The notes under the pieces are model-generated. The model made no database searches and was not told the DNA's origin. It saw nothing but the letters and a program-made list of their open reading frames with translations. The position numbers and the translations under genes are program-made. Positions 1-12,037 of a DNA stretch of 64,000 nucleotides are shown piece by piece. Position 1 is the stretch's first letter. Every line of letters starts with the position of its first letter. The stretch comes from Octopus sinensis. Taxonomy: Eukaryota. The stretch is from contig NC_043006.1 in the NCBI RefSeq assembly GCF_006345805.1, positions 76,632,001-76,696,000 on the forward strand. Direction: 5' to 3'.

Positions 1-119
1 TATATATATATATATACTGTTCAGTATCTATGCGTTGAATAATAGTTATCTTTCTACTTGATTTAAAATGTGATTCAATCACAATTACATGTACATACTT
101 ATTCTACTATTTCTAAAGC

Positions 120-1165
120 TGTAAATTCCAACGCTAGCCTGAGGGTCCCGATTATTCTCCGAAACTACTATATACTTGTGCTATATCAACATAGCTGTTT
201 TTAAAATGGTACCTTTATTTCAGGCAATATTTATCAAATCTGGATCTGGTTTTCATGACACCAAGGGAGAGTTTGATAAAGAGATTACTTATTAGTCTCG
301 GGTTTTAACCAGAATGACTCTCAGAAATTTAGGTTGACCAAAGCTGTGTAAATGTTTACAATGGTGACAAATTTAATCCATCGCTGTGTTTACACCATCA
401 CTTTGGCCATGGTTGCTTTTGGACATCCATCCTTGTCCTCCCGACTTAACTATAAGAAAATACTATTTTTCATTTTAAATCAATGGCTAAAATAGCTGTA
501 ATCAATGTTGAGACTACATCATGTTAGAGCCGTTTTGTTCTAATAAATATACTTCCCAACTTGAACAGATTCTAAACCGTTTTAAAGCATTTGACGTACC
601 AGTATTTGTGATCAGAATAAACTACTAAATTTCCATCTCATCAACTTCTTTGTAGTATCATTTTGTTTTGAATTTATAACGACATTTCGCACCTCTTAAT
701 TCCGGGATGGTTTTTCCGTTAGTTATTTATTTTGCATGAACAGTTTCATATCTTCTAACATCTGAATCCTTCTTTATTCCACAAGTGTTAGCCAGATCTA
801 AGAAAGTCACGTATAGACAATTATTTCATACACAAATCATTCCAGCTAATATATATTTATATGAATATTTATTCTAGAGCAAGTGATAGATTTCTCGCAC
901 ATATTCTCAAGCATTCAACGTGAAACTCATCCGGAAATAACTTAATGAAATATAGTTCCACATTACATTTCCCATTTAACGATTTAGCATTTTACCAGGA
1001 TGCCTCTTTTATATTCATTTCAGTATCTCAGCTCTTAATAATGAACATACAGCAATTCGGCTATGAAAAATCTACACCACAGAAGAGCTTCTCTCTGTCA
1101 TACATTGTTTCCACAAAACAATGACATGTGGCAATTAAGTTTCATCAATTGTCCCTATATGTTAT
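120..1165 (-). pseudogene. Heavily decayed piggyBac-like DDD transposase remnant
   Basis: Manual minus-strand translation gives, in the expected order, GTIDET*LP...WKQCMTERSSSVV*IF (~1155-1060; cf. piggyBac SIDE..VP...FKQYM..KP.K.GIKIF), RKNHPGIK (~718-695; cf. GTxRKNRxGLP) and IVNIYT (~360). Many stops and frameshifts. Confidence 0.4.
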
Positions 1166-1234
1166 ACACACAACACATACTAAATCCGACTCCTATCCGA
1201 CACCACTAGGTCCAAGGTGTTGGATAACTGAATT

Positions 1235-1719
1235 GGATCTTTTCGGTTTGAACGGCAGTTTTTAACATAATTTCTAGATAACTAAATAATTTTAAACTTC
1301 GTATACTGGTAGAATGTGTTTATAAAACATCATTTTGTCTTGGCTTTATTGAGAAAATTCTATAGTTTGTATGATATTTGGTCTTTAATTTCTTGCATTT
1401 CGGCAATTTCAACCAATGACCGTCTATTGAGGTGAAAACATTCTGTGCCGTATGAATATGTCCTTCGTTTAAGAAACAGATTGGGTTTATTTACATTTGT
1501 GAAGAAAAGAGATACCACCCCTCCACCCCTAGCCCTAACTCTAATCCTAACTCTAACCCTAACCCTAACCCTAACCCTAACCCTGACCCTAACTAACCCT
1601 AACTAACCCGAAGCCTAAAACAGATCGAAATGCAATAGATCGATACTAGGGTCATAATTATGGGTGACAATTTCATATGACACCGCTAGAAAAAACTGCC
1701 GTTCAAACCGAAAAGATCC
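1235..1719. mobile_element. Non-autonomous DNA transposon (MITE), GG termini and 8-bp TSD (Merlin-like), with internal telomere-type repeat
   Basis: TIR GGATCTTTTCGGTTTGAACGGCAGTTTTT at 1235, reverse complement ending at 1719. Identical TSD ACTGAATT at 1227-1234 and 1720-1727. (CCCTAA)n tract inside. Confidence 0.85.
1527..1618 (+). repeat. Interstitial telomere-like (CCCTAA)n tract, imperfect
   Basis: ccctaactctaatcctaactctaaccctaaccctaaccctaaccctaaccctgaccctaac, inside the MITE. Confidence 0.9.
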
Positions 1720-2992
1720 ACTGAATTTTCCGGTTATCTGGATCAAATTGTTGGGTCCATCTGGGTTCAAAGGACTGGATAACTGAATTATCCGGATATC
1801 TCATCACTACTTTTTAATATATCATATCACCTTGCAAAACTCTGTAAAATATTCCTATGATTTGCCGCTGTAAAATGTTCCGAAGAGTTGAGTTCATAAC
1901 TTGACTATTCCTGGCGTTATGGAAGTCACAAATTGACACTGACTTCGACGGATCGAAACGTAAAGCAATGTACGCTCATTTCAATAAGCAGACGTTTGGT
2001 TATCAGTTGATGTTAGCCGTATCTATGTACAATTTTGAAATATCAATTGATGATGCCCTCTGTGTTCTAATAAAACATCAATCGATCATGGCTACCGTTC
2101 AGGCGTTAAATTTCGAAGGTATGTTCGAATAAACAAAACAGTACTTATAGATTATTTCTAACTTTGGCTTTAGACAAGACTTTTCCACTATATGTAAATA
2201 AATTTCAGTTCACACAGTAATTGACTGATACTTATTGTATGCACTCTGAATGTTTAAAAGGTAAAATTGTCATTGATGTTAGCGTATCATACACTGCTGT
2301 TAAGCAGGTTATGGGTAGATATTTTGTTGGTTCATTTGTTTCTTCATTTTTTGGAAGTGGGAATGCTAAGCCATTAACTAGTCAAGAGGGGATCATAGCA
2401 GTATGTTGCAAAACATTGTTGTAAAGTTTTGTTTGTAGTTCATGGCTCTCTGGGAAGGCATTCAACCAGAAGTTAGGAATTTTACCGTTTCCTGGAGGCT
2501 TCCATTTGCTTGACCTCCTGAGAGCAGATCTTGCGTCTTCTACCTTGACACCCTCCCATTTTTGCTCCTCTAGGGACTCTAAGTCTGTAGATTTTCTATC
2601 AGTCCAAGGGGCCTTTTCATTGTGTGTTTTTTCTTCGGCCTAAATTTTATTCCAAAATCCCTGCACTTCTTTTTTTCGTTGGGACAGACTTTACTGTAAC
2701 TGGTATCTTCCCTATTTATGAACATGTTATTTTTGAACACGTTGTTGTTCTAGAAGAATCTAGAGCGCTCTTCATACATTGTTATGCGGACAGCTTTAGC
2801 ACATGCATTTTTTTGATGGTTTCTGTGGTGGTATCAATGTGAAATATGGTTTTCATATTATATTTTTTTCTTTAATTTTCGGGATTTTATCGGCGTGATA
2901 GTCCTGTTAAGCTTAAAGCCTTTCAAACATTCTATGTCAGACCTAAGTGTCTTAATTTTGTGTTGAATATGCTCTTTCCAAGAAGACTTTTT

Positions 2993-4094
2993 GGATTGTT
3001 TCCTTTTGACAGACAGAATTCAACACAATTTCTAGTTAACTAAACAATTTGAAACTTCGTATACTGGTAGAATGTGTCAAAAGAAAACATTATTTTCACT
3101 TGGCTTTTTTGCTAAATTTGTAATTCGTTTGTTTAACGTAGTTTAATTTTTCGAATTTTAACCAATTCTATGCTCTCTTTTGAGCTGAAATCATTTGCTG
3201 CGTTATCGATATTGATAAACAACCGAGGAGGGTTGTGTTGGCATGTGCTAGAAATAACAGCCATATCTCTTAAATCGATGACTTTCGTCCCACAATAAAA
3301 ATATTAACGATAATTTTTGAATATTTTCTTTATTTTTTTTTACCAAAAAGGCTTCTCCCATGGTTTTGAAGGGCCAAAAACAACAAAAACAAAACAATAA
3401 TATGCCTAAATGAAATATGAGGGTGCGCGTGAAGTGTGGGTCGCATTGTAAAAATTTGCGAAATATTTTTTCATAAAAGGATGCCCCAGCTTGTCGGAGG
3501 CTGTGATATAAATTGGGAAAAAATTCCCCGATACCAGTGTGTAATTGGTACTTAATTTATCGACCCCGAAACGATGAAGCATTGATCCCCCATTTCTAGT
3601 TTATTTACCTTTTGTGTAAATTTGATCCGGCAAGGGGCTCTATCGACACCAGTGCGTGCGTGCCTAACTGGTATTTAATTTATCCCTAACCCTAACCCTA
3701 AGCCTAACCCCTAACCCTAAACCTAACCCCTAACCCTAACCCTAACCCTATCTCGTGACAGACTTCCGGCATCGGTCGCTAGCTTTGGTTAGGTTTAGGG
3801 TTAATTCATCGATTTTAGAGATATGGCTGTTATTTCTAGCACATGTCAACACAACCCTCCTCGTTTGTTTATCAATATCGATAACGCAGAAAATGATTTC
3901 AGCTCAAAAGAGAGCATAGGATTGGTTAGAATTCGAAAAATTAAACTACGTTAAACAAACGAATTACAAATTTATCAAAAAAGCCAAGTGAAAATATTGT
4001 TTTCTTTTGACACATTCTACCAGTATACGAAGTTTCAAATTGTTTAGTTAACTAGAAATTGTGTTGAATTCTGTCTGTCAAAAGGAAAAGATCC
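2993..4094. mobile_element. Foldback DNA element with ~289-bp inverted arms and 8-bp TSD, related to the 1235-1719 element
   Basis: Arms 2993-3281 and 3806-4094 are reverse complements (about ten mismatches by eye). TSD GACTTTTT at 2985-2992 and 4095-4102. Right terminus reads GGATCTTTTC on the minus strand. Shares the block AACTTCGTATACTGGTAGAATGTG with the 1235 element. Confidence 0.9.
3684..3750 (+). repeat. Interstitial telomere-like (CCCTAA)n tract
   Basis: ccctaaccctaaccctaagcctaacccctaaccctaaacctaacccctaaccctaaccctaaccc. A short opposite-orientation ttaggtttagggtt lies at ~3789-3802. Confidence 0.9.
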
Positions 4095-5683
4095 GACTTT
4101 TTGTGGGAATGCTTTCTAATATTTTCATGACATAGAATCGTTGAGATTTTCGCGGATGCATAGTACAGGTTGTTGAGATCTCTAATACCAACATCATTAG
4201 CTGAAATTATATCCTTAAGTGCAAAGCGAATTTTACCAATTATTTTCAGGTTTTTGGTTAGAATTGCGAATTTTTAGGAGAGTATCACGTTCATTCATAC
4301 TGGTTTCTTTAATTTTTAGCCATTCAATCATAATTTGTTTTTTAGATCACGTAGCTCTCTTGGGTCAATTTCTGTGTGATTTTCTTCATCTATTTGATTT
4401 TCATCCACCTTAGTGTTTATGGTTGTTTCAGAGAGTATTTCACTTTGCTTATTAGTTATATTAACGCTTTCAATCATTACTGCATTTTCATCATCCCTGG
4501 TCTGGTCTATAATTATTTCCTCTGTAGTATCTTCTTTAGCTACAGCTTCGTTCTTGTTTAATTTGGTCAATCTCTACTTCAGTTAGTAATTTTTTCCATA
4601 GTTCTGCTACTGATGTTGGCAATTTTGTTAGTGCCTATGTAGGGTTTTACTTCAATGTGTTTCTGTCTCCAGTTTAAGTAGGTTTGTACAGTATTAGATT
4701 TATTTGTGGGGAAATATATGACATGGTAGAAGACCATAAGAACTCCCTTATTATCTCCCCCAGACCATTTTTCATTTCTTTTCTTTTGGTTGTTTGAGGA
4801 CAAGCACGAATGGGCATCTGTTGGAATATTCCGGTTGTTGGGTACTTCCAGCTCCTGTGTGACGAGAAGATCTGAGCCAGTAGCTGATTTTTGGCATCGA
4901 ATCTGATTCCTCATTCGAGTACGTGTCCTTTTGTAATCTGGTCGATAACGATTCCGGTTTGTATTTTGCTTTGTTATACTGTGAGCATGACGAGCTTCGA
5001 CGTTGTCATTAGGGAACGGATTTGTCTGTTTAGGGTATGTTTTTTGAGACAACACCGTCACTGAGTGTTCGCTGCATGTAAACATTGCTCTTACCGTAGC
5101 TTCTTAAGACTAATAGATCTATATTTATCTGTATCTTTTTGTTGATAGGTTTATCTCTGAATATAGTTTTTTGTGATGTTTTTAAACTTATGAACGGTTC
5201 ACACGGTGTTATTTCGAAAAAAAAGTTTTGTTTTGTTTTTGCTTCGGTTGTGACACGTGTTTTCATATGCGTCAATGTGTGTCCTGTAAATATCACGCAG
5301 TCGTGTAAACATTGATGTGTATGTGTAGTCCTATGAGTATCAAAATGTATATATGCTAGTGCAGACATTCGAGTATATGCGTAATTACTCAATTTATGTA
5401 CTTACTACTTTGTTCCCTTTCTATTTTATAATTTGTAAACTTTCCTGCGATAACTTACTGAGTGTATTTCGCACATATTTCACTGCGACATCGTGTATAG
5501 GAGAAACTGTGCTTTATGTGGCAATAGAATGTCGTTTTTTTTTTTTTATTATTTTCGTTAAAAGACCGTTTCCTCCACATCCTCCATAGGTTAATTTATC
5601 TAATTCCATCGAGGTTATTGGATTAGATTTGTTTTTGAATGGAGAGCCCGGTGTAGCACGTCCATGTTGTTATTCAGTGCGGA

Positions 5684-5685
<2 letters not shown>

Positions 5686-5777
<92 letters not shown>

Positions 5778-5825
5778 TAGTAGTAGTAGTAGTAGTAGTA
5801 GTAGTTGTTGTAGTAGTAGTAGTAT
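5686..5825. repeat. Compound microsatellite (ATT)n-(AGT)n
   Basis: Direct reading. Confidence 0.95.
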
Positions 5826-6240
5826 AATTATCAAAACAATATAGTATACATTATCAATATTTAATTCATAATTTACTTAAATTATAAGCCGGTAAATAAT
5901 CTAAATAGCTACTAAATATAGACCGCCAGCATAATGAAGATGACTCTACGTGTTATATGCTAAACATAGCAGCCAATATTCCTCTGCAACCATAAACTAC
6001 CGTCTTAGTAATGGTACAACGGATTCTATAGTATAGCCCTAGCTATCTTATGTTTTGATATAGGTAAAATAATTATGGCAAAGCATTTTGGGTTCTAGCT
6101 TTTATTATAGAAACCTGAGATCGAAATTAACTGCAAGAACAGTCATAATGAAGAATTTTAAACATGTTCCGCAATATGCTACCATTCCACCAGAATTTCA
6201 CCCACCTCTGACGCTCTCTGCCTGTCTGTCTCTGCCTCTC

Positions 6241-6242
<2 letters not shown>

Positions 6243-6275
<33 letters not shown>

Positions 6276-6344
6276 ATCTCTCTATATATACGTATGTATG
6301 TATGCATGCATGTATGTATGTATGTATGTATGTATGTATGTATG

Positions 6345-6375
<31 letters not shown>

Positions 6376-6390
6376 GTATGTATGTACGTA
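6243..6390. repeat. (TA)n and (TATG)n microsatellites
   Basis: Direct reading. Confidence 0.95.
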
Positions 6391-6747
6391 GTATTGTCCA
6401 GGACCACAGTTATGTATATTAATGAGACTGAGATACTGCTCTAGTGGTCGCGGTGCTCTAATGAGTATCGTAGTGCCATTATCTTTAGACGTGTCCTGAA
6501 AGTTCCGATTTCTTTCAAGTTAGCCGCTAGAGACAATATGTGGAATCTGAAATAAGAAGGCAGATATCCCAAGAGATGCCACGCATCATCGCATTTCGTT
6601 TCATAAAAACTGTGAATCCGCGCTTTAGATTTCTGTTTTATTGATCGACCGAAGAAATTTGAAAGACAAACTAGTATTAAGCACATTTATACTGAAGGAT
6701 AGTGAAATCTTTGTTAATATGCAGGAAATTTTATTTGGAGTGAAATG

Positions 6748-6782
<35 letters not shown>

Positions 6783-6784
<2 letters not shown>

Positions 6785-7214
6785 CACAGATTTGCTTGTC
6801 AGTTGTTTGACCTTAACCAGTTGAGCATGTCCCTTAGTGGCTGACGATATGTGCATCTCTGACCATGAGCAGAAGTAGTGGGGGAGCATCATAGCCATGT
6901 GTTGAGAGGGATTCTTTGGGGTTTGAATAATTTACCTCTGGAAACATGGGTGTTTCGTTCAATGTCCTTAAACAACCCTTATTCAGGGATCATCTGAGCA
7001 GGATGGGTTACTCGATCTGAAGAAAATTCTAACTGGGCTCCACCTGCAAGGTCATGTGCTGTTTATCTTGATATGAGATCACCATGTCGCGCACATATGG
7101 TTGTGATGCATGTGTCTGGTGTACCCTTATCAGACGGGTAGTCATGATGGGTATACTGGGCTTCGTATATTTTACCCTAGTGTCACTTTGATGGCATGCT
7201 CTGCTCGCTCACTC
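6783..7214 (+). mobile_element. ORF-less (AAT)n-flanked retroposon, family X, copy 1 (5'-truncated)
   Basis: Near-identical to ~7410-7827 and to the reverse complement of 45095-45454. (AAT)n on both sides. 3' end ...CTCACTC-AATAAT. Confidence 0.75.
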
Positions 7215-7280
7215 AATAATAATAATAATAATAATGATAATAATAATAATAATAATAATAATAGTAATAATAATAATAAA

Positions 7281-7827
7281 TGCCCTGATGAAAACACCAG
7301 GCAGTGGTTCTCGTGGCTTCTAATCTTCACTGATTGGAAGTGTTATTATGTATATTGTTTTGTCTTGGGATAAAAGATGGGCTACAGCAAATATTCTGCT
7401 CATTTTCACAGATTTGCCTGTCAGTTGTGTGACCATAACCAGTTGATCCTGTCCCTTAGTGGCTGAAGATATGTGCATCTCTGATCAGGAGCAGAAGTAG
7501 TGTGGAAGCATGTTTTGAGAGGGATTCTTTGGGGTTTGAATAATTCACTTCTGGAAACATGGGTGTTTCGTTCAACATCCTTAAACAACCCTTATTCAGA
7601 GACCTTTTGAGCGGGATGGGTTACTCGACCAGAAGAAAATACTAACTGGGCTCCATCTGCAAGGTCATGTGCTGTTTATCTTGATATGAGATCACCATAT
7701 CGCGCACATATGGTTGTGGTGCATGTGCCAAGTATACCCTTATCAGACAAGTAACCATGATGGGTATACTGGGCTTCGTATATTTTATTACAGTATCAGT
7801 TTGATGGCATGCACTGCTCTCTCACTG
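7281..7827 (+). mobile_element. Family X, copy 2 (longest)
   Basis: Starts TGCCCTGATG directly after (AAT)n and ends CTCTCACTG-AATAATAAT. Tandem with copy 1. Confidence 0.75.
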
Positions 7828-7899
7828 AATAATAATAATGCTTCCTTGGATGTGTCATAAAAAGTGGAAATATCAACTGTAAGTTACTTAGAAGGTTGA

Positions 7900-9150
7900 A
7901 AGAACGACAGCAATCTACAGACGGAACAGTTTCTTACTACTTTCCTTATTTTTGTGTGAGATGCTGTCAATGTTGATTTTAGGGAACCGGATTTTCAACA
8001 TGATCTCATAAAACATCTGCTGAAAATAAGATATCTACTATTTATGATGGGCCTTCACATGTCCAGAAGAGTTGAAACCAGTTGATGCATTGCTAAACAC
8101 TGATCATATATTTAAGAAAAATACAAGTGTGAGTTTCGAACCTTAAGTAGTATAATGTACTAATCATTTAAATAGGAAACTTGGTGTCACGTAATGGGAG
8201 AATATTACTTGATAGGTAGTTCATGAAAAACAGAGGACGGTAGGTAAGAACATTTAAGTATATGGGAGAAAGAAAATATCTTGAAAATAGAATAACAGAA
8301 AGGGTATTTGTATAATAATACGTTAGAATGCCAAAACTAGCTTTAAAACACATAGCATGAAAAAAATAGATTATGACCATAAACACCTGTTTTTTTAGAC
8401 GGTGGATTATGGAGCGTAAATTTTGAAATGAAGGAAAGAAATTAAGAGGTTTAAACGCTACATCCACAAACTGCATTTAACAGAAACTATATCCTCAGAA
8501 TGAAAGGTTAAAGTGGCTTGCTTGAACTACAGAATGTCTGTGATAAATGAGGTAATCATCTAGGTTGGCATATAAAGCACAGTGCATAACACCCTGGTTG
8601 ATGGATATAAAACAATAAGGTATTTTACTGAATGAAAGCCGCATTGAAAAAATGATAATTACAGAACGGTGGAACAAAAGACAGAAGAATGTGGAAGGAT
8701 AAATTGATGCATTGCCAGTTTGTATGTGGCGTAAATTGGACAATCCTGAATCATTGAAAATTATGAGTAAATCAAATGTGAAGATCAAACATTTAGGTGA
8801 TGAATGATGTGTGTAGCGCATGTACTATCCCCTAAAAACTAATTATATGAAGTGTAATATTGACAAAACTGCAGAACCAACATTATGAATACTACGCGGA
8901 ATAAAATGCGAAACAGTCAGCCACATTTTGAGTACAATGAAAGTAAAATAGCTTACTACATAAGGAGCAAAAAAAAAAAAGAAAACATGAGAATATTGAC
9001 GGAGATATATGCTGATGTTCGTGTATGAAACATAAGCTAAATAGAACTAATAAGTGTCATGAACGAAAGCATGATAAATCGCTAGATCCAGATGGAATGA
9101 ACGTACTTTGGGACTTCAACATACAGTCTGATCATAAGATAAGAGAGATG
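7900..9150 (+). mobile_element. Very decayed R4/Dong-type LINE, RT C-terminus to REL endonuclease
   Basis: FKYMG (~8250), CETVSHILS (~8910) and NVLWDFNIQSDHKI (ORF 9025-9270) in the order of RT YKYLG, the CCHC knuckle and the REL LWD motif. Confidence 0.55.
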
Positions 9151-9642
9151 ACAGATTATGTAAAAGCGATTAGGGAAAATGTGCCGCACAAAAATTTGAA
9201 GAGTGATGCTTACAAACTATTGTTCACAAAAAAATGTAAAGACATACGAATGAAAGAAAATTCCTTCTGAATATTAATAACTAACATAAAATATGGATTA
9301 AAAATAGCAAAATCTGGAATGGCAATAATTACTGGCATTTTCAGAAAATATTGCTCCGAATCTAACGAAGTTTCTTGAAATTTAAGTGAAAAGGAAAACT
9401 TGAGAATCATTTTGCCAATTGTTATAGCTCAGTCTCTAGATATAAGTAACTGACATGAGACCAGTTTGTTCAAAGAATGAACCTGTTAACAATGATACGT
9501 GGGAGGTTGCTAAAAATGACTGATTCTAATAACGGTTCAAGTCTGGTCGAGGGGGTAGTTCTAGTTGTTACCATTCCGTCGAATATTTAAGTGGTACTCT
9601 GCTTTATCAACTAAGGAGTGGTGAAAAGCAAACTTGATATCG

Positions 9643-9644
9643 AC

Positions 9645-9675
<31 letters not shown>

Positions 9676-9765
9676 AATCATTTATCTGTCTATCTATCTA
9701 TCAATATCTCTACCTGTCTGTCTTTCTGTCTGTCAGTCTATCTGTCTGTGTATCTGTCTGTGTGT
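9643..9765. repeat. (TCTA)n/(TCTG)n microsatellite
   Basis: Direct reading. Confidence 0.9.
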
Positions 9766-9785
9766 ATTAGTCAAACACATATAGT

Positions 9786-10169
9786 GGAAGCACTCCGTCG
9801 GTTACGACGACGAAGGTTCCGGTTGATCCGAATCAACGGAACAGCCTGCTCGTGAAATTAACGTGTAAGTGGCTGAGCATTCCACAGACACGTGTACCCT
9901 TAACGTAGTTCTCGGGGATATTCAGCGTGACACAGAGATTGACAAGGCCGGCCCTTTGAAATACAGGTACAACAGAAACAGGAAGTAAGAGTGAGAGAAA
10001 GTTGTGGTGAAAGAGTACAGCAGGGTCCACCACCATCCCCTGCCGGAGCCTCGTGGTGCTTTAGGTGTTCTCGCTCAATAAACACTCACAGCGCCCGGTC
10101 TGGGAATCGAAACCGCGATCCTATGACCGCGAGTCCGCTGCCCTAACCATTGGGCCATTGCGCCTCCAG
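9786..10169 (-). mobile_element. Full-length tRNA-derived SINE, family C
   Basis: Minus-strand head TGGAGGCGCAATGGCCCAATGGTTAGG (A box) ... GGTTTCGATTCCC (B box). 9-bp TSD ACATATAGT at 9777-9785 and 10170-10178. Confidence 0.85.
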
Positions 10170-10328
10170 ACATATAGTAATAAGCAAACGAACGGGAAAA
10201 AGATACAGGTGAAGATGAAAAACATACTGAATCGTGTGCTTGCCTTCTGAATATATATCATTCATGTAACACAGCGCACTCCTTAGTTTTTTATACTATG
10301 TATTAATATATACACACACACATATATA

Positions 10329-10375
<47 letters not shown>

Positions 10376-10451
10376 ATAAATTAAATAAGTTGATATATAT
10401 ATATAAATAAATATATATATATATATATGTATATATATATGCATATATACA

Positions 10452-10810
10452 TTCTTTTAGTCTTTCATTTTATTCAGTCATTTCACTGAGGCCATGCTGG
10501 GGCACTGCTTTTACTCGAGCAAATCGACCCAGGCTTTTCTTTGTAAGCCTAATACTTATTCTATCGATCAGTTTTGCAAAACCATTAAGTTACGGGGACG
10601 TAAACACACCAGTATCAGTTGTCAGGCGATGTTGGGCAGGACAAACACACACGCACGCACACACACACATTTATATATATATATATACGTATACACGACG
10701 GGCTATTTTCACTTTCCGTCTACCAAATCCACTCGCTTTGTTCGGCCCGAGGACAAATGCCTAAGGTATCATGCAGTGGGAATGAACCTGGAACCACGTG
10801 GCTGGTAAGC
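10452..10810 (-). mobile_element. tRNA-derived SINE, family A (internal CA/TA microsatellite), diverged
   Basis: Colinear with the copies at 27885, 38360, 42870 and 54772. Confidence 0.8.
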
Positions 10811-10994
10811 ATATATATTCTTTCAAATATAGGAAAATGTTGTACACGCTAATTATTGATGATTAACTAACGAGGCATTGTTTCTTGTCTATCTATGGCT
10901 CCATTCACTGACGTTGAAAAAGAAAAAGTATCCCGTATCACCCAGAAACACACATACACACACAAACATATACTTTTGAATATGTGTGTGTGTG

Positions 10995-11052
<58 letters not shown>

Positions 11053-11704
11053 CATGTGTGTGTGTGTGTAGATAAATAGACAAATATCGTCTGGGCGCAT
11101 CTGCATTAATTCGCTCAATTCATAATTTCCGACACTTCTGTTCATCTACTTAAAATTTGTTAAAAATCAGCGGTTATAACGAAGTCTATAAATTGTTGCG
11201 AAAATGGAAAGCAAGCTTAATATTGTAACTAAATTAATATACGTCGTAATGCTTCTTTTTTTCCTCGGTTCGTTAGCAGACGAAAATAACTGTTTTCGAA
11301 CATAGATGAAATAAGAGATTCATGTGTGATTTAATGAATCACATTTAGAATTAATGGTCGCAGATTGCAGACGACATAATGAAAGCGATCAGCCCACACT
11401 GAATGCAGTAAAAATCAACTAACGGAAGTGTATGTACGTGGCTGGTCCTGCAAACCATAATAGTGAAACGAACCTCAAATTCCGTTGGGTAATTTAGACA
11501 TAAATATACTTCATATGCTGTATCCTTAAAGCAAGCGAACTTTTGATAAAAGGTTTGCATGAATGGGACTCAAACCAGCTGAGCGATTAAAACGGCAAAT
11601 GCACACGCATACGCACACCCAATGTGAATGATTCCCACTTTCGTTTCTATGAAGTATATTCTACTTATTCAAATGAGCAGCCTATTATATTGTATTGTGA
11701 AGAC

Positions 11705-11900
11705 ACATTGGCTAGTAGTTAGAACTTTGCACTAACGATCGGAAGATCATAGTTTCGACTCCAGACCGGTGGTGCACCGGGCTCTTTAGCAAAGCACTTA
11801 ATTGATACTGCTCCACTTCACTCAGATATCAATGGATAACACTTTGGTAGGCTGGAGTAACGTTTAAAGGATAAGTTGACCTACCCTCATAATCCAGAGG
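11705..11900 (+). mobile_element. Diverged tRNA-SINE head fragment
   Basis: TTGGCTAGTAGTTAG (A-box-like) and AGTTTCGACTCC (B-box-like), followed by a decayed body. Confidence 0.45.
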
Positions 11901-12037
11901 GTGGTATCATTCAAAAGTTACAACAATCCGAGGCGGCACATTGTTACTACCATTGTTACATCTGATAGTTTGGTCGACAAATTTGTACAGTGAATATGAT
12001 GAATTGTTGAGTAATGGACTAAATATCCCAAAGGTAT

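Larger units (their letters stand above)
1180..1800. mobile_element. Possible Tigger/pogo-like terminal fragment, interrupted by the 1235-1719 element
   Basis: Repeated and inverted TATCCGACACC/GGTGTTGGATA and GGATAACTGAATT motifs. Removing 1235-1719 plus one TSD gives GGATAACTGAATTTTCCGGTTATC, which resembles Tc1/mariner-superfamily subterminal repeats. Confidence 0.3.
2225..5090 (-). mobile_element. R4/Dong-clade LINE, N-terminal region through early RT domains (decayed), split by the 2993-4094 insertion
   Basis: Translated motifs: NEKWSGGDNKGVLMVFYH...TYLNWRQKH..KPYIGTNKIAN (ORF 4579-5085), IRDLNNLYYASA, KKSSWKEHIQHKIKTLRSDI (rejoined across the insertion), KEVQGFWNKI, SSKWKPPGNGKIPNFWL, YLPITCLTAVYDTLTS. 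These match R4/Dong pre-RT and early RT motifs. Confidence 0.8.

Noticed and set aside
1527-3802. (CCCTAA)n as a true telomere or chromosome-fusion site
   Set aside because: The tracts are short, imperfect and enclosed within TIR/TSD-bounded elements.
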